The translations under genes and the position numbers were made by a program. From the NCBI GenBank assembly GCA_964016885.1, contig OZ024740.1, positions 287,618,001 to 287,682,000 on the forward strand: DNA of 64,000 nucleotides. The letters run 5' to 3'. This document shows positions 52,355 through 64,000 of the stretch, in pieces. Below the pieces are notes generated by a model. That model made no database searches. It was given only the letters and a program-made list of their open reading frames with translations, and was not told the origin of the DNA. The stretch is from Eledone cirrhosa. Lineage: Eukaryota. Within the stretch, counting starts at the first letter, position 1. Each line of letters starts with the position of its first letter.

Positions 52355-52621
52355 AGATTGCGCTGGTACGGCCATATCGAGCACAGTGAGGGCTGGATCG
52401 GCAAAGTGATGAATATTGATCCAGGAGGCAGTAGAAGCCCAGAAAGACCAAAAAGGACTTGGATGGAGGATGTCCATCGGCATTAAGCTAGGCTTGGCCT
52501 GGCCAAATGAGACCGGCAGATAGAAACACATGGAGCGGGATGCTAAGGAGTGCTGTCAGGCAGGACCCACCCTTCTTAGGAATTAATTGTGTCCTGCATA
52601 ATAAAAAACAGGATGATGATG
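52355..52621 (+). mobile_element. divergent RTE-like LINE 3' fragment
   Basis: RLRWYGHIEH...RPKRTW remnant ending in (GAT)n. Confidence 0.7.
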
Positions 52622-54377
52622 AGCCCAAGTATACCAATAATTATAGGTTTAAAGATGAATTTATAATATGGATACAGAAGCAGTTGATTTTGAAGCATTT
52701 ATCCATAAATATTCTTTCTCATTGATTTTGAAAGAAATGTCCACATCTGCTAGACCAGCTGATCTCTATATCTACATATCTGTGTATATACATCGGTGTG
52801 AGTAGGCGGGTGGATGAGTGTATGTGTGTGTGGATGGGTGCATGAATACATGTGCATGTGTGTTTTCTCTTCATGATTTGATATTCAGTGTGGTTTAACA
52901 CTTGCTCCATTCTAATCTAAATATATGAGAAATATGTGATACTGTCTTCTTTTTTTCTTCTTAGTTAATCAGAGGAGGAAGGACAATGCCCACGATTTTC
53001 ATAGGACCACTTGAGGGAAATCAATGCAGTTGATATTCAATTCGAGCATATTAACTTTGTTTTCACATCAACTTTTCCATGCTGGCATGGGTTGGGTGGG
53101 ACCTTTTGAAGCAATGTTTTTCAGCCAGATGCCCTTCTTGGTACTAATCATTTTAGTCACTTCTTATGACATGCAGGGCTGTGGTGTACTATTTTGTAGA
53201 TAAATATTTTCAGGGAAACATGAGCAGGAAAGATAGGGTGTTAGATGAGACACAGAAGAGATAAGAGAGTCAGGTAAGTTACATGGGCCTGAGTGTGAAG
53301 GGAGAGGGTGTAGTTAGCTAGTTCAGAAAGCAAATATTGTAGTAGTAGTAGTGGCAGAAACAGAGAGAAGAAGCAGAACACCTGTGAGCCAAAGGTTTTA
53401 ATGTGAATATTAGCCAATCACTGGGATGGATTTCTTTTGGATGCATTCTATAATATTTATGTATTTATAGATATGAGTAGTACTCAAATGTACTTTATAG
53501 AAGGTCATAAACTGATCAGTAGATTTCTGACCCCCAAAAGAAATCCTAATCTTTGTGATGCAGTTTTGGCAATGTTGCATCACCATGAGAGATCATCATA
53601 AATTGTAAGACTTAGTATTTGTAGCAACTTTGAACATTTATATGTGTGTTGTTCATAACTAGAAAGGTTGAAATACAATTTTTTGATGTGTAGTGATTGT
53701 GTCTTTGTACTATTGAAATAAAATAGTTTGTCATGTTTTATTGATGAATGTTCTCAATGCTTTGTTCGTGAAAGAGGTGTGTGTGTTGTCATGAGGTGTT
53801 TAAATTTCATGCGTAAATAACACCTGTGTACAGAATATTGAGTGAAGTATAGTATCATCTTCTACCTAGGAATGTATGTTATTAGGAAGTGACAGCTAGA
53901 AGGTTGCTAATGTACAGAAGGAATTGTGCCTATACAGTGTAATACAGTGTATTGTAAAGCAATGTAATTTAGTGTAGTGTTGTATAATGTAATATAGTTT
54001 AGAACTGTGTAATTTATTTAGTGTAGTGTAATACAATGTAATTCTTGTGAGTTGTGTAATGTTTGGGTGTAGTGGTGTGAGTCTGTGTTGTAACTTGAAG
54101 AAAAGAATGTAAGTTAGTTGCATCAAGATGGCTTGTTTCTGAAGCTTAAGGTATGCATAGGAGGGTGATGGATCTGGTTGATGCTACTTCAATTGGGTTT
54201 TTATTGAGCTTTAAAATTGTTATGATTCTGAACAGTTTCCAGATTATGGGAATTTGACAGTGATGGTTCATTTGACAGTTGTAGATATTAGGGAACACAT
54301 TGATTTTCTTTGGGCCTTGGCTGTATGTTTGGAATTTTCAGAAACCCCAAGACTTTTGAGTTTGGGGATTTCTGCAT

Positions 54378-54573
54378 TACAAGGGTCAGCTGAAAATTTC
54401 ATAGGCTGACTATGAAGGATTGATGCTAGAGTTGTGAAATCTTACATACATCAATTTCACCTCTTATTAATAACTGCATTGTTTCTCCCCAGGGACTATT
54501 TTGAAAAATAAACCTCATTTGGTCATTCCATGAGTGTCTTGATCAACCTATGAACTTTTCAACTAAACTAATA
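54378..54573. mobile_element. mariner-type MITE
   Basis: TA-CAAGGGTCAGCTGAAAATTTCATAGGCTGA ... TCAACCTATGAACTTTTCAACTAAACTAA-TA imperfect TIRs. Confidence 0.65.
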
Positions 54574-55578
54574 TGTTTCTAGTATCTGTTGAAAGAAAAA
54601 CGTTTAAAGACACATGGCCTAGGTGCTAGGTACATGTTTTACATCATGTGTTCCTGTCTTGTTTCTGTGGTTTTTTAGTAGTTAATTTTCGAAAAACATT
54701 TGTTAGGGGGTTTATTTGTTACCCTAGTGTGGGTGTGTTATCTGAAATCATAATTGGGATGTGTGGTATGACCATTTTTAGTAGTTTTAATGATGCAAAT
54801 AATTTTGTATAGTATTTTAATGACAGTTTTCTAGTTCATCTAACCAGCAATTTCTCTGTCTGTCTGTCCGACAGTGGAAACACGTGCGTAGAGAGAGAGT
54901 GAGAGTGAAAGAAAGAGACAGACTACGAGAGGGGGATAGCGGGAGGGAGAGAGGGAGAGAGAGAGAGTGAATAGACGCTAAAACACGTGCTATAGAAACA
55001 TTACCTTCCCCTCTCCACTGACTTTGGTCACTGAGGCCGAGGGAATCGCTGGTTGCACAAGCCAGAAGTAACCAGTTCGAGGCGGTTCTTACTTGACACC
55101 ATGCGAAAAAGGTTGCCATTGAATTTGTGGTTTGAAGAAGGTTGCCATTGAATTTGTGGTTGTTGCTGCTGATAATAAGGACCATTTGAAGAAGGTTGCT
55201 GCTGATGAGGTAATTTATTAATCAGATTGCAGTTCCATAACCGACGTTTGATTTGTTCAATTTTTTTCTTCAATTTTTTTTGTTGTTTTTTTTAATTTCT
55301 TATTAAAAAAATATAAATAATAAAATAAGGTTGGAAATTTAAATACAATTAAATACGATTTAATTTTCATTTCCAGCAGCCAATGTCCAGTGTTCAATTT
55401 CATGAAAAAATTGGAAATAATTCAAAAAATTGAAGTTTAACTTTTGAACATTTGTTTTGACAATAAAAAAATATTTCCTTATTCACACCTAATGGTATGA
55501 TTAAAATTTCATAGGAATATTTTTTTCTAACCACCAGTTATTTAAATATTATTAAAAATAAATTTTTTTTTTAAAAGA

Positions 55579-57635
55579 ATGGAAGATTTTGTGGATTTTT
55601 TTACCACCTTCCAAGCCTTAAACACTAATTCTCGCGAATTTGTGTTTTGTAATGACCTTCAGGACGCTGCTATTGTTGATTCCAATAGTGCCTGGTATTC
55701 GAATATGTTAGTATACAATTTTTTAAATAAAATTAAGGCGCAATTAGAGCTGCCAAACAAAATTCTTTTCGGCTTCGGCCTATATTATTTTGGGGAATAA
55801 TTCTATTGGCTCTAATGAGTCTCCCTCTGTTGGCGGTATTTGCGACAGTCACCATTTCTTGACTTTCAAGTTTGGTTATGCTTGAGCTGGCAGATTCGGG
55901 TCTTCACTTCAAAAATTTTGACTTTTTTGATCGGATTAAATATTACCTTGATGATGGACACAGGGCTACAGTGAAAAAAATTGGAATTCTGAATGGATTC
56001 AAAACTTTTTCCTTGACCCAAAATTTCGTTTTTAGGTTCAGGGTTCTAAATGTGCAGCAGCAGACTAATGGAACTGATTGTGGTCTTTTTGCAATTTTAT
56101 ATTCTTTGATATGGGTTCTAAATTCTAATCCCACAAATTTTGAGTTTTCCACTCAGAATCAAATTAATCTGCTCAGAAAAATTTTCAGGGATTGCTATAA
56201 TATCAATAAAATTTTGGAGTGTAATTTTTTAAATCGCAGGGAAGTTGTGAATCCCATTTTATATGAGAATGTTTTTGTTTTCCACGCTATTAGAAAAACT
56301 CTTTCTAATTTAAATAAACTAGGTCTGGCTGCACACCTATCTGACCCCTTGATGATAAATTTCCAAGAAAATCATTATGGAAAAACCTCAACCTTTCTGT
56401 CCAACCCGGTTTTAGCTCAAATCCCAACTATAAAAGGCAATAAAAAGCCAATTATAATTGAGGAAGATCAAAAAAGTCCAAAAATAACCAAAACTGGAAA
56501 CGAATTGCCTGGAATCACTGCAGACGTATTGCCAGCTGCGGTAGTTTCGCCTCCAGCTGATAAAACTTTGCCGCCTGCAAAACCGACAGAAGATTCCAAA
56601 CGCAAGCCCAAATATTTTTTGGATCCAGTTTTGGTTGCTGAGTATATGGCTCAGCATAAGTGCACCGAAGCCTCTGCGAAAACAGCTTTACGCAGAAAAG
56701 CTCAAAAGGCCTCTGAAACCGAGTCGCAAAGAAATAAGCGACTTGAAAAGCAGCGAAAAGATAGGCAGCGTTCTAGGGGTCAGGAGTCTAAGGACTCAAA
56801 AGGCATAAGGAAGGAAAAAGACCATGAGCATAAAGATGCTACTCGACAATCTGAGACTACCGAAGAACGGGAAATCAGATTGAACAAGGACAAAGTTGGG
56901 CACTCTGAGGCCTATTACAATAGGACCTTCAAAAAGGACCCAAAATACTTCCGTATTGCTTTTAAGCCTATAGATGAGGTGGATTTCGACTCAGAGATAA
57001 TCCACCTCAAATATAAGGACAATCCGTGTGAGCATTGCGGGGCGTACAAATTGCCCTTAGAGCCACCTGGATTGTGTTGCATGAATGGCAAGGTTAAGCT
57101 CCCTGAATTTGAACACCCAGGGGAGGAAATCACCAGTTTATATGAGGGTAATGACGAATATGCAAAAATGTTCACTAAATTCTCAAGGTGTCTTAACACA
57201 GGATTTGCCTTCAGTAATATGCACTGTACTGAGCTTCCAATCAGTGAAGTGAAGCCGAGTATGAAAATTCATGGGTTTTCGTATCAAACGATGGTCCCAC
57301 TTGAGCCGCAAGCAGGCCAAAGACCTAGATATGCGCAGGTGCACATCTTTGATAAGGAGACCCAAAAACTCGATAGGGAAAAATTTGAGTTCGAGCCTCG
57401 GTACCGTGCAATTCTGAACTATATCCAGGCTAAGTTCAATGATTTCATCCCGGATGAGAATATTCTATCAAGAACTTTCAAAACGGGATACAAAATGCTC
57501 AAACAGATGCCCGAATATAGGCTGGTGTTAGGGGATTGTCTGCCTGCCAATAAAACTCATCTCCTCCCTACGGTGTCTGAAATAGCGGGGTCTACCAAGA
57601 GAAGGATATTAAGGAACTTGGGAGGGTCATTTTAG
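55579..57635 (+). pseudogene. RepHel N-terminal region: Ulp1/C48-like protease, charged (STPR-like) repeats, zinc finger
   Basis: AWYSNMLVYNFL, DSHHFLTF (shifted frame), ELADS, QQQTNGTDCGLFAI; ETTEEREIRL; CEHCGAYKLPLEPPGLCCMNGKVKLP. Confidence 0.8.
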
Positions 57636-59423
57636 TGAGAAAATGGGCAGGCAAAGAAGGATACGTCCGTGTTGACTTCCTAAGCCCGTTTTATGAACCT
57701 CTGGGCTATCCCCTTATTTTCAATTATGGCCAGAATGGGTGGAGCCGTTGGAACCCGAAAACAGAAACTGGCCATAAAGAAACTTTGTTGCAGTATATCA
57801 AGTACTATTTAATGGTCCGGGACAATTTTTTCAACCCTCTTATATTGAGCGGTAATCTGTTGCACCATTATACGATAGACATGAAAATGCGTCTGGATTA
57901 CATTCATTTCCAGTTTCAGGTTAAGCATCAGCAAAGGATTAAGGGGTCATATAGGTTTGAATCGGTCGACACTCTAACGGATTGTGAAAATCCTGCAGAG
58001 GTTGGAGTCGGCGGCGTCCTGTCCGAATCGACTCCTGGGACTCCAAAGTGGTACAAAAAATTGTACCGAGATTCAATGGCACTGGTCAGAGAATTTGGAT
58101 GTCCAGACCTTTTTGTGACCATGACCTCCAATCCTAAACTGCCTGAAATAGAAGAAATAAAGATGAAACTGCAAAATTTAGGCCTGATCTAATTTGCAGG
58201 AGTTTCATGGAACGTGTGAGGCTTCTTTTTGATGTGAAAATCAAAAAGAAAGGTATTTTTGGTAAATGTGTTGCATACACTTACAAAATAGAATTTCAGA
58301 AAAGAGGCCTCCCACATGTCCACGCTTTAATTTGGTTGGCCGAGGCCGATAAGATTTCATCCACAGAGGATGTTGGTAGTCTCATTAGCGCTGAAATCCC
58401 GACAGGGGATACCAAAAATCAGAAGCTGGGCTATAATTTTGTGATTACAAAAATGATCCACGGTCCTTGCGGTGTTTTTAATCCCCGGTGTCCTTGTATG
58501 AAGCAGTGTAAAAAGTCCAAAAACGGAACTTCTTGCTCTAAGATGTTTCCGAAGGACTATAACAATGCGACCAGGTTTAACGAGGCTAACTACCCTAAAT
58601 ACAGGCGTAGAACGCCCGATAATAATGGTGGACAGGGGGAAATTCATCAGAAAGGTAAAAAAAGTGTGTGGTAACAAGCAGGGATGTTGTTCCAATCTTT
58701 TTCTTGGGATCATATTTCAGTGCCACATTAACGTAGAGGTGGTGGCCGGGGTCACTATATTTCAATATATTTTTAAATATATACTAAAAGGTGCCGACCA
58801 CATCAACTATGAGGTGGAAAAGGTCTGTGATGACCAGGGGAACCCTGTGGATGACCAGGAAAAGGACGAGGTTAGGATATACCTTAACGGTAGGTATATG
58901 TCCAACGTTTGAGGCGATGTGGTGGTTACTCTGCCTGGCCCAATACGGAATGTACCCCTCGATCCTAAAGCTGGATATCCACCTCGAAGGGAAACAAAAA
59001 GTTTTTTATGACCCCAAGTTAGCTAAACCCGATTAAAAAACCCTGGAAAAACTATCCAAGACGAAATTGACCGAATTTTTCACTCTCAATCGAGAAGATG
59101 AAAAGGCCAACAATTTTTTGTATTTGGATATTCCGAAATTTTACGTCTGGATGGTCCAAGAAAGGTTTTGGAAGCGTCGAGTACAGGGCGAGAATGATCC
59201 TGAGTTCGGCATGCTCAGGGGTGATCAGATATCCTGCATGCCGAACATTTTACCAAACTCAGGTGGTAATCAGGAAACCTTTGCCCTCTACCTTTTGCTT
59301 TTAAAAACAAAAGGTCCCAAGTGCTACACCGATCTCAGAACAGTAGGCGATCAAGTTTTTCCGACCTTCAAAGAGGCAGCAGTATTCCGCAAGCTCATGG
59401 AGGCGACAACAAAATCAGTTTAG
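57635..59423 (+). pseudogene. RepHel HUH/Y2 Rep domain, frameshifted
   Basis: Motif 1 PDLFVTMTSNP, motif 2 IEFQKRGLPHVHALIW, motif 3 YIFKYILKG, spread over several ORFs. Confidence 0.92.
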
Positions 59424-61176
59424 TATTGCATGAGGCTCAGATTTCGATGAGCCCTCGCATGATGCGGAGGATGTTCGCAATGCTTATCCACCTTTGGAAG
59501 CCGACTGACGCCCTGTCACTGTGGAATGACCACAAAGACTGGATGTCACATGATTTAGCCCGAGCAGACCCCACTGCTGATGTGGATATCATACACAATA
59601 GGGCATTGCACCAGGTTTACGCTTACCTGCTAAATTACGGCACCAAAATGGATACCTGCAACCTTCCCCAGCCAATCAAGGAGGTTAGAGTGCCCGAGAA
59701 TCAGAAAATTGGGATTTCTTATGAGAGCACAGCAAGCTCGGAGTCCATTTTGGAGGTTGAAAACTCCCTGAATGCTGATCAGCGGGCGCTCTATGACTCC
59801 GTATTGGAATCGGTGAGGCAGAATTCGGGAAAAAACTTTTTCGTGGACACACCCGGGGGAACTGGCAAGACTTATCTTAGCAATGCGATAGTAGAAAAAG
59901 TTGCCAGTGAAGGTTACAAGGTGATTGCTTGCGCCTCATCTGGCATTGCGGCACTATTTCTTAAAGGCGGCACAACCTTGCACTCAAGGATGAAGTTGCC
60001 TTTGAATCTGCAAGATAAAACAGCGATTAGTATCCAGAAGGGATCAAAACTTGCAAAGGAACTTGCGAAACTTGACCTGATTATTTGGGACGAGGCCCCC
60101 ATGTTCAGTAGGGACCTGATGGAGTTTTGGGATAAAACTCTAAGATTCGTCCGCGGAGGGGTGAAACCATCCAAGAAAACCTTCAGAGGTGTCACCATGC
60201 TACTCTCTGGCGATTGGCGACAAGTTCTCCCAGTTGTTCCTAATGGAGAGCGACCACAAATTGTCGCTTCTACTTTAAAAAATCACCCATCGTGGGATAC
60301 TTTCAATATTTTCAAGTTGAATACAAACATGAGGGTCAACGGGGTCGATCAGGCTTCCATTGATTTTAAAGCCCTCCTTTTGAGGATTGGGGATGGTGTC
60401 GCCAATCGCAGACAGGACAATCGGAGGACCCACGACTTTGAAGTTCCCCCTCAGTTTCTCATGACAGGTGACATGCCTGACCCATTGATAGATAGGATAT
60501 ACCCTGTGTCAACTAGGTTGGGTGAGAATGATTATGTGAATTGGGTGACCGATCGCGCAATCATTACTCCCACGAATAAGGATGTAGACGAGATCAATCA
60601 AAAAGTCCTTGACAGATTGCCCGGTAGGGAAATAGTAATCCCTTCGTTTGATCGTAACCACGAGCAAACAGACCGAAAGCATCATGTTTCAGTGGACACT
60701 TTGAACTCGATAGTTCTTCCTGGAATGCCGGATCACCTTTTGAAACTGAAGATAGGTGCTCCGGTTATTCTGCTCAGAAACATATGTCCCGCCGAGAGAC
60801 ATTGCAACGGTACTCAATACGTTGTAAAAAATATCCACCCACGAATACTCGAACTTGAAGTAGCGGTGGGCCCTCGGAAGGGACAATTGTTTCATTTGCC
60901 TAGATTGAGCTTCATAGCGAAGAAGGGAGGGTTCCATTCGATTTTTACCGGAAACAGTTTCCTGTTAAATTATCGTTTGCGATGACCTCCAACAAATCAC
61001 AAGGACAGACCATTACCCATGTTGGTATAAGCTGCCTGAATGATTTCTTTTCGCATGGCCAGTTCTATGTTGCAATAAGCAGGGTAACAAATCCGGCGAA
61101 TGTTACGATTTTAGTTCCCGAAAACCAAAATGGTGTAGTAAAAAATGTTGTCTTTCCTGAGGTTTTTAGGAACTAA
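59321..61176 (+). pseudogene. RepHel Pif1-like SF1 helicase domain, frameshifted near C-terminus
   Basis: PGGTGKT, IIWDEAPM, GDWRQVLP, ILLRN..CNGT, MTSNKSQGQT, HGQFYVAISRV. Confidence 0.93.
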
Positions 61177-61202
61177 AGTGTAACAATGTATTCATCGTTT
61201 AT

Positions 61203-61315
61203 GCCAAACTGATGAGTCCTAAAAAGGACGAAATACCTTATTTTTTTTAAAAACGAAATCGAGGAGAAACAACCTTTCTAATTCTGATTTTGTTAAAAAT
61301 TGAGGTATCTTTGGC
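61203..61315 (+). ncRNA. type I hammerhead ribozyme in Helitron 3' region
   Basis: Stem I GCCAAA/TTTGGC; CTGATGA; stem II GTCCT-AAAA-AGGAC; GAAA; stem III ATACCT/AGGTAT with long extension; AUC cleavage site at C61309. Confidence 0.85.
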
Positions 61316-61793
61316 TAACAAAATTAAATTCTAATTAAAATATTAATAGGAAAAAAATTCAAACAAAGTGCTGATTGACTCGCTGGGTAATTGACTCTGT
61401 TGATAATTGGTTCTCTTGATAATTCTCTTGATGCTTCTCATCTCTTGGTAATTTTAAAATATTAATTAAAAATAATAATTATTCAACAAATTATTATATA
61501 AGCTTTATAAAAAAAATAGATATACAAAACTGAGATACAAAAATAGATATACATATCTGTCTGTCTGTCTGTCTGTGTCTGTGATGCAGCAACTTTTGAT
61601 CCGCAAAGCCGATTTTCAATTTTTTTTTTGTAATCAACCATAAATTTATCAGGGCAGATCGGCACAATATTGCAAATAATTGACAACCGCTTTTTTTAGG
61701 TGAAAAATCGATAAAACTGACAATGGGTCAAACTTTGCACAGGTTTCTTCCAATCTCTCACTACAGGCTGTGTGTGTGTCGACATCTGTTTTT

Positions 61794-61885
61794 AATGATG
61801 GTTCATATATCCTATTTCTTTGAAATGATGGTTCATATATCATATTTCTTTGAAATGATGGTTCATATATCATATTTCTTTGAAA
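61794..61885. repeat. 30-bp tandem repeat x3
   Basis: AATGATGGTTCATATATCMTATTTCTTTGA. Confidence 0.9.
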
Positions 61886-62313
61886 TTTTTTTACAGAGCT
61901 TCTTCTAGCATAAGACCTGTAATTGAGCGGCACAGGTTTTCAAAAATCGATATTTCGGCCTTTGGAGATATATCAAAATTTGGATTATTTTTGCCAATGT
62001 TCGTGATTAAGTATGACAAGAGTTATCTTTCTCCGCGACCAGCGTCTCCGATTTCGAACACTGGTTTACACACACATACATTAAAAGTTATTTAAGTTTA
62101 TGCCATCACGCGCTTTTAATGTTGTAAAAAAAATGTTTACCGGATAACGGATAACACCGAGCTCACATATTAATTATTTCGCTGGAATAGTGCCTAAAGT
62201 TTTCATGTTTACATAAAGTACGTATTTCTTCTATGTATTCAAATTTACTTTGTTTACTTTAATGAGCTACATCGAAAGCTACTTCACCCGTCCAAAGGAC
62301 GGGTACTAGATAG

Positions 62314-62863
62314 TCTACTTATAATATATAATGGGCATTTCTCTGTTTGTTTGTCTGTCTGTCCGTCTGTAAAAAATGCCAAGGAAACAAATAGACACGG
62401 TTTCAAATCTCTATGCTTTTCAAATTCATTACATTAATCTTTATTTATACGTTTCGCTTTACGAGTGTTTCGGCTTACGAGTGTTTCGGCTTACGAGTGT
62501 TTCGACTTACGAGTGTTTCGGCTTACGAGTGTTTCGACTTACGAGTGTTTCGGCTTATCATTATATATAAACGTTTCTATTTCCATCGTTATATCATAAC
62601 GTTTATGTATCATAACGTTTATATTTCCGTCACTAATCTTTTTTTCTCCTTTTTCGTTTTAACATATATTTATTTCCAAGATTTCACCATATAGATAACA
62701 TATATATTTATACATAACATATATATTTATACATGCATAAAAGACACACCGAGAGACGGTGAACATGTGGTGCCGAAAACATTTCTCATTCAAATCTCAA
62801 CAATATCAGTATATACACTAGATTTGCTAGCAGAAAACCGCCCACCGGGTGGTTTTCTGCTAG
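62314..62863 (+). mobile_element. non-autonomous Helitron unit 2
   Basis: Starts TCTACTTATA, (TCTG)n, ends in the palindrome CTAGCAGAAAACC...GGTTTTCTGCTAG; dispersed relative at 39017. Confidence 0.78.
62459..62557. repeat. 16-bp minisatellite x6
   Basis: TTACGAGTGTTTCGRC units. Confidence 0.93.
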
Positions 62864-63365
62864 TCTATATATATAAAACTGATGTTGTCTGTGTGTGTGT
62901 GAGTTTGAATCCCTAAAACTAGAGAAAAACCCAACCGACTGTTTTCAAACTTTACACATGTAATACTTATGTTTCAGGGAGTGTTCTGAGCCAAAAAATT
63001 TCAAATTTTCAATGCCCTAGGGACCGCATTAGGCGATTTAGCGATCTCTATAATTCTTAGTCTTTCTCTTTTTAGATAGATACATATAACGTCGCGCCCT
63101 TATAATATCTGTCTGTATGTCTGACTGTCTGCTGCCTCCGGTTATTTTGCTACCCTTGCTCAAGACAAATCTCACACTCATTCCCCAAACAGTTGGTAAG
63201 TGCACACAACTTCTTCCTCACATTTTAAGCCACAGTGTTGCTTACTTACGTACCACCAGACCCTTACTTCTTTGCCAGCCGTGGTTGTGGCAATACTAAG
63301 CTTAGCTAAGGCGGTTATATATTTCACAATACCTTATCCCGTGCAACGCCGGGTACCACTGCTAG
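62864..63365 (+). mobile_element. non-autonomous Helitron unit 3 (possibly itself composite)
   Basis: Starts TCTATATATATAAAA; ends with hairpin CCCGTGCAACGCCGGG then TACCACTG-CTAG|T. Confidence 0.8.
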
Positions 63366-64000
63366 TGTTAGATAAAAATGTTTGCCAGTTTTCTATGATT
63401 TATTTTTAATTTCTTGGTGCTGATTTTATTTCTGTTGTGTGAGATGTTAGTGTAGTGTGTTTGAGGTTATCTATAGTTTTTATCAGGTTGCCATTTCAGT
63501 AATATAACTGGGGTTGCATTTTTTGTGTTACTCTGTAGAATATGTTTCTTGGAAGCATCTATAATTATTGTTTTATTGACTGTACGATAATAGAGTTCTG
63601 CAAAACATTTTTTTGGGAGGGGTCCCCTGGGTTTATTAAAGTTTGTGAGAGTGTATTTATTTTGTTCATTGATATGCGAATGTGTTGGAATGATGACAGA
63701 TGGTTAAAGGAAAGTTGAGGGGATTATTTTGCCTATGGTTGTGATAGCAAGGAATGCAGCACAAAGCTGGTTTACTTTTCAGACCCAGCAAATACTTTAG
63801 CTCCAGCAACTCTAATCTTTTACAATGCTCAGGTGAGATACACAATGGATTACTACTTCCATATATGTGGTATTGTTGCTGCTACCCATACAGATATCAT
63901 AGACTGCATTCAAATAAAAACCATCTGACTGATTAGCATGAAGTCATTCACCAACACATTCCAACCCTTGGCCCACAGACATGCTGCCTTTCCTATTATT

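Larger units (their letters stand above)
54839..62313 (+). mobile_element. Helitron with disrupted RepHel ORF
   Basis: Putative A|TC 5' end followed by (TCTG)n; RepHel fragments; 3' hairpin ACCCGTCC-AAA-GGACGGGT then CTAG(ATAG); 5' boundary less certain. Confidence 0.85.

Noticed and set aside
55200-55235. CTGATGAGG in the Helitron 5' region as a second hammerhead
   Set aside because: No stem II or GAAA follows
59321-60985. Helicase ORF as host PIF1 gene
   Set aside because: Intronless, colinear with HUH Rep motifs and bounded by Helitron termini

Overview
AT-rich, microsatellite-rich eukaryotic DNA made almost entirely of transposable-element sequence. The repeat content looks cephalopod/octopus-like to me, but that is an inference without a database search. 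Contents: many 5'-truncated copies of an RTE-clade LINE with a PHD-like finger after the RT core (best copy about 46186-48496), and a second BovB/RTE-like LINE ending in three C2H2 fingers (44223-46105, plus a fragment at 3361-4092). There is also a frameshifted DD37D (maT) transposon, a degraded mariner, hAT-, piggyBac- and mariner-type MITEs, tRNA-derived SINEs with TSDs, and Penelope-like inverted-repeat remnants carrying minimal hammerhead ribozymes. A frameshifted RepHel Helitron (about 54839-62313) is followed by head-to-tail non-autonomous Helitrons ending at 63365. The most notable object is this Helitron: it has an N-terminal Ulp1/C48-like protease and a fully formed type I hammerhead ribozyme 26 nt after its helicase stop codon. 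No host gene is firmly identifiable; only isolated candidate exons are seen. Most short ORFs in the track are microsatellite or antisense artefacts.
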